Shown in pieces: positions 25,955 through 32,000 of a stretch of 32,000 bases of DNA; position 1 is the stretch's first letter, and every line of letters starts with the position of its first letter. The stretch is from Desulfobulbus propionicus DSM 2032 (GTDB taxonomy: Bacteria > Desulfobacterota > Desulfobulbia > Desulfobulbales > Desulfobulbaceae): positions 1,500,001 to 1,532,000 of the forward strand of contig NC_014972.1 of the NCBI RefSeq assembly GCF_000186885.1. The letters are read 5' to 3'. Made by a program: the position numbers and the translations under genes. The notes under the pieces are model-generated. The model had not been told where the DNA came from. It was given only the letters and a program-made list of their open reading frames with translations, and did no database searches.

Positions 25955-27667
25955 TCAATCAATGAATTTCCCTTTTTTTTCCGGAAATTTATCGGCAAAA
26001 CTTCTTTCCGATTGAGCGGTGCCGATCATCAACAGTTCGTCGGCCGCGGTGAAGAGCTCGGACGGATCGGGGTTGATGTGCAGGCTGCCCTCACGGAACA
26101 CGGCAATGACACTGCAGCCGGTGGTCTCGCGGATACCGCTGGAAAGCAGGGTTTTGCCGACCAGCCCGGCGGGTACCCGACAACGGAAGATGTTCAGCCC
26201 CTCGGTGAGCATCAGCACCCGGTCCGGGGTGAGGATGTTGATGATGGTGTTGGCGGCCATGGAGGAGTGGGACATCACCAAGTCGGCTCCGGCCGCATGG
26301 AGCACGCTGATGTTCCGGTCCAGAGTGGCCCGGCTGATGATCTGGATATCCGGACGCAGGCGGCGGCAGTAGATGGTGAGATAGATATTGACGTCGTCGT
26401 TGTGGGTGGTGATGAACACCGAGGGGGCCTCGTTGATACCCGCCTTGATCAGCGTTTGATGGTCGGCGGCGCTGCCGATGACGCAGTTTTCCCGGTCCTT
26501 GCTGAGTCTCGGGTTCTTTTCCACGATCCGGTAGGCCATGCCCTGTTCCTTGAGGGTGCTGACCGCGGCCCTGCCCACCCGGCCGCCGCCGAGAATGAGG
26601 GCCGGTGCCGAATCCACTGCATCGGTCTCGCCAACGTAGGTACTGTAGGCGGCCAATTGTTCCTCGGACCCGGCCAGGACGAGTACGGTGCTCGATTCAA
26701 TCACCGTTTCCGGTCGCGGCAGGCTGAAATGGCCCCGGTTCCACAGGCCGACGATGTTGATGCCCGTGGACGGGCGCAGACCGGTTTCCCGAATGGCTTG
26801 TCCCACCAGCGGCGTACGCATGGCCGGGGCCTCGGCGATGACCAGATTTTCAAACCGGCCGATAATGTTGGACCGGGTGCGGGCGCCGAGGGTCCGCCGC
26901 GCCAGCGACTGGCCCAGCATGTTCATGAACTGAAATACATGGCTGCATCCGGCCAGGCTGAGGATATCCACCGAATCCTCCATGTCGGCGTTGGCCACGA
27001 TAGGCACATGGGGCGCGATTTCCCGTACCGTGTAGACGATGCTGGTGTTCTTCATGTCGTCATTCAGGGCCACCACCAGGGCCGCCTGCTCGACCTGGGC
27101 CCGGCGGTAGGTTTCCGAGTCATCCAGCTCCCCGACCAGCACCCTGTAGCCCTGGTCGACGAGGTCCAGGGCCTGCTGGACCTCCGGTTCAAGAATCACA
27201 TAGGCATGGCCGTACTGTTTGAGCCGCTCGATCAGGGCGATGGCGATCGGATCGTAACAGGTGATGATCACATGGTTGTCGACCTCGGGCGGCAGGAACC
27301 TCGGCACCCGTGACTTGTTCTGCGCCTCCAGCCAGGGGGCGTAAAAAAACTGGATGAAGGTAAAGGGCAGCATGACCAGCAAGAAAATGATCCCGGACAG
27401 CAGCACCACGATGGAAAATAACCGGCCCAGGTCGCTGTTGAAGGTGATGTCGCCAAATCCCAGGGTCGACATCACGGTCAAGGTCCAATAGAAGCCGGTG
27501 ATGATCGAAAAATCGCGGCCCTCATGGGCCATGATCACATGGAAGAGGTAGCTGTACACCACCACCAGAACAAAGAGGAACAGGGTGAACTCGGTCAGCG
27601 AACGGATGTTGCGCCGTGCCCGCCGATCCTGGAGGAGGAAGAGCAACTGGGAAGGAATGAATTTCAT
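25955..27667 (-). CDS. Ion channel with TrkA-N/TrkA-C (RCK) domains, probable K+ channel
   Basis: FYWTLTVMSTLGFGDITFNSDLGRLFSIVV pore-like segment; NHVIITCYDPIAIALIERLKQYG and ALILGGGRVGRAAVSTLKEQG nucleotide-binding domains. Start set to MKFIPSQLLFLLQD. Confidence 0.9.
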   Translation of the reverse strand: MKFIPSQLLFLLQDRRARRNIRSLTEFTLFLFVLVVVYSYLFHVIMAHEGRDFSIITGFYWTLTVMSTLGFGDITFNSDLGRLFSIVVLLSGIIFLLVMLPFTFIQFFYAPWLEAQNKSRVPRFLPPEVDNHVIITCYDPIAIALIERLKQYGHAYVILEPEVQQALDLVDQGYRVLVGELDDSETYRRAQVEQAALVVALNDDMKNTSIVYTVREIAPHVPIVANADMEDSVDILSLAGCSHVFQFMNMLGQSLARRTLGARTRSNIIGRFENLVIAEAPAMRTPLVGQAIRETGLRPSTGINIVGLWNRGHFSLPRPETVIESSTVLVLAGSEEQLAAYSTYVGETDAVDSAPALILGGGRVGRAAVSTLKEQGMAYRIVEKNPRLSKDRENCVIGSAADHQTLIKAGINEAPSVFITTHNDDVNIYLTIYCRRLRPDIQIISRATLDRNISVLHAAGADLVMSHSSMAANTIINILTPDRVLMLTEGLNIFRCRVPAGLVGKTLLSSGIRETTGCSVIAVFREGSLHINPDPSELFTAADELLMIGTAQSERSFADKFPEKKGKFID

Positions 27668-27753
27668 GATCGCTCCGCTTCGATCGGTGATGGATGGCCG
27701 GGAAGCGTTGCGGCCGCTCTGCCGGCGGGGAGGGAGCTCCCGACGTTCCGTAC

Positions 27754-28164
27754 CTACCGCAGAAACAGGTCGTTGTCCAGGACCAGGGCGCTCAGCGTGA
27801 CCATGCCGATAATCTGCCCGTTCTCCTCGACCGGCGCTCGCCGCATGCCCACCCGGTGCAGAAGGCGGGCAATGTATCGGATGTCCATGTCCGCCGGCAC
27901 GGTCATCACCGGTTTGGTCATGATCTCGTAAACATTGACCTCCTCGGCGCGCTTGCCCGGAATGAGCACTCCGTTGATAATATCCTGCACCGAGACAATA
28001 CCCCAGGCATCGTCGGCATGCCGTTTGTTGACCAACAGGCTGTGCACCCGTTCCGCGCGCATGGTGGCCGCGGCTTCCCGGACGGTGGCCATGCCGTCGA
28101 TGGTGATCAGCCGGGTGCTCATCACCTCCCTGACGCGGATGATGCTGTTTGTTTGTGTTTTCAT
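27754..28164 (-). CDS. CBS-domain protein (tandem CBS pair)
   Basis: MKTQTNSIIRVREVMSTRLITIDGMATVREAAATMRAERVHSLLV... VYEIMTKPVMTVPADMDIRYIARLLHRVGMRRAPVEENGQIIGMVTLSAL. Confidence 0.88.
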   Translation of the reverse strand: MKTQTNSIIRVREVMSTRLITIDGMATVREAAATMRAERVHSLLVNKRHADDAWGIVSVQDIINGVLIPGKRAEEVNVYEIMTKPVMTVPADMDIRYIARLLHRVGMRRAPVEENGQIIGMVTLSALVLDNDLFLR

Positions 28165-28224
28165 ACCGGTTCCATGGGTTGAGGGAAAACAAGAAGGCGA
28201 CGCCACGGGGCAATCGCCCGGGAG

Positions 28225-28572
28225 CTAGAAATATTGTTCGCGGACTTCCTGCTTGAATCGCTCCAACTGGCTCTCCAGGCCGACCACCGATTCCACGGGC
28301 AGGACAAAGGCAATGCCGGTTCCCGGCTGGTCGAATTTGCCGGCCGCGGAAATGGCGGCCAGCACCTGGCGAACGATGTGCTCCTCGAGCAGCAGCATGA
28401 CGATATCGGTCGGCGCCTCCAGGGAGAGGCCGAAAAAGGTCTTGGCTTCGCGCATGCCGGTGCCGCGCGCCGGAATGATGGTGGCGCCGGTCGCCCCGGC
28501 AGCCTTGGCCGCCTCGACTACGGTGTCGGTGATATCGGTCTTGACCGAGGCGAGAATCACTTTAAATTTCAT
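28225..28572 (-). CDS. P-II family nitrogen regulatory-like protein
   Basis: MKFKVILASVKTDITDTVVEAAKAAGATGATIIPARGTGMREAKTFFGLSLEAPTDIVMLLLEEHIVRQVLAAISAAGKFDQPGTGIAFVLPVESVVGL. Confidence 0.85.
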   Translation of the reverse strand: MKFKVILASVKTDITDTVVEAAKAAGATGATIIPARGTGMREAKTFFGLSLEAPTDIVMLLLEEHIVRQVLAAISAAGKFDQPGTGIAFVLPVESVVGLESQLERFKQEVREQYF

Positions 28573-29360
28573 GAGGTTGCTCCCTGTTGTTTTTTCTGGG
28601 CCCTGGTCAATGACCATCGGGCGTATTGCCCATACCCCAGGACTGTAATGATCGGAAAGAGACTGGCAAAGGCGATCAGGCCGAAGCCGTCGATCGCTGG
28701 ATTGCGCCCGGGAACGGCGGTGGCCAGGCCGAGGCCCAAGGCAGCGACAATGGGTACGGTCACGGTCGAGGTGGTGACTCCGCCGGAATCGTAGGCAATG
28801 GCCATGATCGCTTTCGGGGCAAAGCAGGTCTGGATCATGACAATGACATACCCCGCCAGGATGTAGAGATGCAACGGTGTACCGGTGACGATCCGGAAGG
28901 TTCCCAGGCTGATGCCGAGGGCCACGCCGAGGGCCACGGTCACCCGCAATCCCCAGGGGTTGATGCTGCCGCCAGACACATCGCGCGCTTTGAAGGCGAT
29001 GGCGATCAGCGAAGGTTCGGCAATGGTGGTGGAAAAACCGATCAGGGCGGCAAAACAATACATCCAACCGTAATTGGTCCAATCGGTAAGATTGACCGCT
29101 TCCGCCCCTCGCTGGAGAAAGCCAGGAGCCGCCAATTGGCCGGCCATGATCTTGCCCAGGGGGAACAGCGCCTTCTCCAGGCCAAGGAGAAAGAGGGTGA
29201 GGCCAATGATCACGTAGGCCGTGCCGACAAGGATGGAGGTGAGGTTGGGGATGCGCTGTTTGAGCACCAGTAGTTGAAAAAAACCGAACAGTAGGACGAT
29301 AGGCAGGATGTCGCGGCAGGTGAGAAGAAAGTCTTTGCCAAAAGCAATAATCCAGGGCAT
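28569..29360 (-). CDS. DUF1538 family membrane protein
   Basis: IPNLTSILVGTAYVIIGLTLFLLGLEKALFPLGKIMAGQL ... GFSTTIAEPSLIAIAFKA ... ITVLGYGQYA; paralogous to the adjacent gene. Confidence 0.85.
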   Translation of the reverse strand: MPWIIAFGKDFLLTCRDILPIVLLFGFFQLLVLKQRIPNLTSILVGTAYVIIGLTLFLLGLEKALFPLGKIMAGQLAAPGFLQRGAEAVNLTDWTNYGWMYCFAALIGFSTTIAEPSLIAIAFKARDVSGGSINPWGLRVTVALGVALGISLGTFRIVTGTPLHLYILAGYVIVMIQTCFAPKAIMAIAYDSGGVTTSTVTVPIVAALGLGLATAVPGRNPAIDGFGLIAFASLFPIITVLGYGQYARWSLTRAQKKQQGATS

Positions 29361-29375
29361 GCGTTCCTCCCTTGG

Positions 29376-30134
29376 TTAAAAAACGATCAAGCCGTATCCC
29401 ATGACGAAAAGCATGGGTAGGAGCGAGGCAAAGGCAATCATGCCGAATCCGTCGGTGAGCGGATTGCGGCCCCGGATGATGGTGGCCAGGCCGACGCCCA
29501 GCGCGGTAACCAGGGGGACGGTGATGGTCGAGGTGGTCACGCCGCCCGCATCGTAGGCAATGCCGATGATTTCCTTGGGCGCGAACAGCGTCATCAGCAT
29601 GACCAGACAGTAGCCGCCGATGATCAGGTAATGGAGCGGCCAATTGCGCAGGATGCGCAGAACCCCGAGGAGAATGGAGAACCCCACGGAAAAGGCGACG
29701 GTGAGACGCAGCCCCAGGCTGTAGGCTTTCCTCGAATTGACGCTGTTTTCAATCAGCCCGCCTTCCATGGCGATATCCGCGGCCTCGGCGGAGACGGCGA
29801 TCAGCGCGGGTTCGGCCACGGTGGTCGAAAAACCAAGGGCAAAGCTGAAGATCAGCAGCCATGGCAGGCTGCCCTTGCGGCTCAGGGCAAAGGCCATGTT
29901 CTCGCCGATGGGAAAGAGTGCCCGTTCCAGTCCCTCGATGAACATGCTCAAGCCGACCACGACCAACATCGCACCGATCACAATCTCGTCAAAGTCGGGC
30001 AGAGGTTGGCGGACGATGAACAACTGGAAAAAGGCGATGACCGCGACGATGGGCGCCAGATCGACACAAGCGGACCAGTTTTTCTTCGCGACATAGTGCA
30101 GGTGTCTGACAAACGGATGATGAAAGCCTGGCAT
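29376..30134 (-). CDS. DUF1538 family membrane protein
   Basis: FIEGLERALFPIGENMAFALSRKG, LGFSTTVAEPALIAVSAEAADIA, KEIIGIAYDAGGVTTSTITVPLVTALGVGLATIIRGRNPLTDGFGMIAFASLLPMLFVMGYG. Confidence 0.85.
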   Translation of the reverse strand: MPGFHHPFVRHLHYVAKKNWSACVDLAPIVAVIAFFQLFIVRQPLPDFDEIVIGAMLVVVGLSMFIEGLERALFPIGENMAFALSRKGSLPWLLIFSFALGFSTTVAEPALIAVSAEAADIAMEGGLIENSVNSRKAYSLGLRLTVAFSVGFSILLGVLRILRNWPLHYLIIGGYCLVMLMTLFAPKEIIGIAYDAGGVTTSTITVPLVTALGVGLATIIRGRNPLTDGFGMIAFASLLPMLFVMGYGLIVF

Positions 30135-30277
30135 TCATGTGCTCCGTTGCGAGTGTCCGCCTGAAAAAGGCCGGCAGGGCGCAGGCGATGGGGAAACTTA
30201 TAATTTATGCTATCATAAATTCGATTGTTTCTCCACCGTTGAAACAGTGGCCGGGGGTGCAACACCGACTGTGCAAC

Positions 30278-30312
30278 AAAAAAAAGCCGGGTCATTGACC
30301 CGGCTTTTTTTT
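30278..30312 (-). terminator. Rho-independent terminator (possibly bidirectional)
   Basis: A-run, GCCGGGTC-att-GACCCGGC stem, T-run. Confidence 0.85.
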
Positions 30313-30332
30313 GTTCATGGATGGGGCTGTTC

Positions 30333-32000
30333 TTACAGTTTGCTGAGAATGTTCTGGGTTTCGGCGATTTCCTCGGCGGTCACGCTTTGCCGGATCTGTT
30401 CCATTCGTTTCATGGTTTCGGCAAAACGGATGCCCTCGGCGGCGCTGATCCACTCCAGTTGCAACCGTTCCGGACGGATGCCGATCTTTTCCATCTTCTT
30501 GTGGATGCGGGCCACCCGCTTCTCGGTCCAGTGGTTGGCGTCGATGTAATGGCAGTCGCCGATATGGCAGCCGCTGACCAGCACCACCGGCGCACCTTTG
30601 CGGAAGCCTTCCCAGATGAACTTCTCATCCACCCGGCCCGAACACATCACCCGTACCAGGTGCACGTTGGCCGGATACTGCAACCGCGAGACACCGGCAT
30701 AATCGGCGCCGGCATACGAGCACCAGTTGCAGGCAAAGGCGAGGATCTTCGACTCCGGCGCCGTATCGAGCATGGTGTCCACCTGACCAAGAATCTGGGT
30801 GTCGGTGAAGTGGTTCATGCTGATAGCGTCGAACCGGCATTCGGCCGAGCAGGTGCCGCAGCCGGCGCAGGCCGCCGAATTGACCACCGCCGGCTTCTTG
30901 TTCTTCACATCCACGGTGATCGCGCCATACGGACAGACCTCGGCGCACTTGCCGCAGGCCTTACACTTTTCGGCGATGATCGTCGAGGTGATTGGCTCGG
31001 TGGTGATCTCCCCTCTATGCATCACCCGAATCGCCCGCATGGCCGCAGCCGAGGCCTGGGTGACGCTGTCCTTAATGTCCTTGGGGCCCTCAGCGCAGCC
31101 GGCAAAGAAGATGCCACGGGTGGCGGCATCCACCGGCTGCAATTTGGGATGGGCTTCAAGGTAGAAACCGTCCGAGGTCAGCTGCAACCCCATGATCTCC
31201 TGCAAGCGCTGGGTCGAGGGCGCGGGTTTTATTCCCTGGGCCAGCACCAGCATGTCGAGGTCGTGAAATTCGAGTTTGCTAGTGGCAGCATTTTCCACCG
31301 CCACCCGCAGGCTGCCGTTATCAAGCTCCTCGACAGAGCCGGGCAGGCCGCGGATGTACTGGGCACCCATGCGGCGACTGCGGGTATAGAGATCTTCAAA
31401 CCCCTTGCCAAAGGCCCGGATGTCAATATAGAACACCTTGACCTCGACATCGGGATAATGCTCCTTGATGATGAAGGTCGATTTGATGGTGTTCATGCAG
31501 CAGATGTTGGAGCAGTAGTGGCCGCCCTTCTTGGCCGAGCGCGAGCCCACACACTGGATGAACCCAACCGATTTCGGGTGGTTTCTGTCCGAAGGCCGCA
31601 CCAGGGACCCTTTGGTCGGACCGCTGGCGTTGACCAACCGCTCGAATTCCAGGCTGGTCAGCACGTTGTCAAACCGGGTGTAACCGTACTCGTCCATTTC
31701 GGTCGGGTCGTAGGGCTGCAGGCCGGTGGCGACGATGATCGTGCCCACCTCCTCGATGATCTCCTCGTCCGACATGTGGAAATTGATGCAGCCCTTGGCG
31801 CAGACCTCGACGCATTTGGAGCACACCGCCGGGTTGTGGCCCAGGCACTCCTTGGCGTTGATCAGGTACGAGGAGGGCACCGCCTGAGGAAAGGGCGAGT
31901 AAATGGCCTTGCGCGATCCCAGCCCCATGTTGAACTCATCGGGCCGCACCACCGGGCAGACCTTGGCGCACTCACCGCAGGCCGTGCAGCTCGTCTCATC
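30333..32000 (-). CDS. HdrA-like iron-sulfur flavoprotein with C-terminal MvhD-like domain; runs off the window edge
   Basis: Multiple ferredoxin motifs (CTACGECAKVCP at the edge, CKACGKCAEVCPYGAI, CAGCGTCSAECRFDAI), HdrA signature CVGSRSAKKGGHYCSNICC, C-terminal ILAFACNWCSYAGADYAGVSRLQYPANVHLVRVMCSGRVD as in MvhD. Confidence 0.9.
   Translation of the reverse strand, partial: DETSCTACGECAKVCPVVRPDEFNMGLGSRKAIYSPFPQAVPSSYLINAKECLGHNPAVCSKCVEVCAKGCINFHMSDEEIIEEVGTIIVATGLQPYDPTEMDEYGYTRFDNVLTSLEFERLVNASGPTKGSLVRPSDRNHPKSVGFIQCVGSRSAKKGGHYCSNICCMNTIKSTFIIKEHYPDVEVKVFYIDIRAFGKGFEDLYTRSRRMGAQYIRGLPGSVEELDNGSLRVAVENAATSKLEFHDLDMLVLAQGIKPAPSTQRLQEIMGLQLTSDGFYLEAHPKLQPVDAATRGIFFAGCAEGPKDIKDSVTQASAAAMRAIRVMHRGEITTEPITSTIIAEKCKACGKCAEVCPYGAITVDVKNKKPAVVNSAACAGCGTCSAECRFDAISMNHFTDTQILGQVDTMLDTAPESKILAFACNWCSYAGADYAGVSRLQYPANVHLVRVMCSGRVDEKFIWEGFRKGAPVVLVSGCHIGDCHYIDANHWTEKRVARIHKKMEKIGIRPERLQLEWISAAEGIRFAETMKRMEQIRQSVTAEEIAETQNILSKL

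Noticed and set aside
28225-29643. 472-aa minus-strand ORF spanning the P-II and DUF1538 genes
   Set aside because: Wrong frame relative to the three recognised proteins; its product is Arg/His/Pro-rich with no domain until the in-frame P-II tail.
1-32000. CRISPR arrays, restriction-modification, retron or other known defence systems
   Set aside because: No regularly spaced repeats and no recognisable Cas, methylase/REase, reverse transcriptase or other defence proteins were seen.

Overview
The window has a high-GC chromosomal backbone. Gene content (HdrA-like oxidoreductase, Pit/DUF47, DUF1538 pair) suggests a Desulfobacterota-like host, but that is inference. A ~10.99 kb integrated element interrupts the backbone. 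Backbone, left to right: an RND efflux operon (permease fragment, membrane fusion protein, outer-membrane lipoprotein; minus strand), an HlyD/RbbA/YhhJ-type ABC exporter operon, DUF47 + Pit phosphate transporter, a protein-L-isoaspartate methyltransferase with signal peptide plus a membrane spermidine-synthase-like protein, and tRNA-Glu(CTC). Right of the element are an IS200/IS605 TnpA remnant, a minus-strand cluster (TrkA-domain K+ channel, CBS protein, P-II-like protein, two DUF1538 membrane proteins) and an HdrA-type iron-sulfur flavoprotein. The element (14438..25425) lies between a tRNA-Glu gene and a perfect 49-bp duplication of its 3' end. It encodes a tyrosine integrase, a probable excisionase, a replication initiator, a Cys-rich protein, a Zot/pI-like ATPase, a pVI-like protein, a large pIII-like adhesin, a 47-aa major-coat-like protein, several tiny membrane proteins, a pV-like candidate, a divergent XRE repressor and a small accessory region. 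I read it as a tRNA-integrated filamentous (inovirus-type) prophage. A 1317-bp IS with a TAAA target duplication splits its pVI-like gene, and removing it restores a 98-aa frame exactly. The prophage also carries tandem 11-bp repeats on both sides of the predicted attP, a tRNA-Leu-like 3' fragment next to a toxin remnant and orphan antitoxin, and two notable hairpins. All calls come from reading the sequence; no database search was run.
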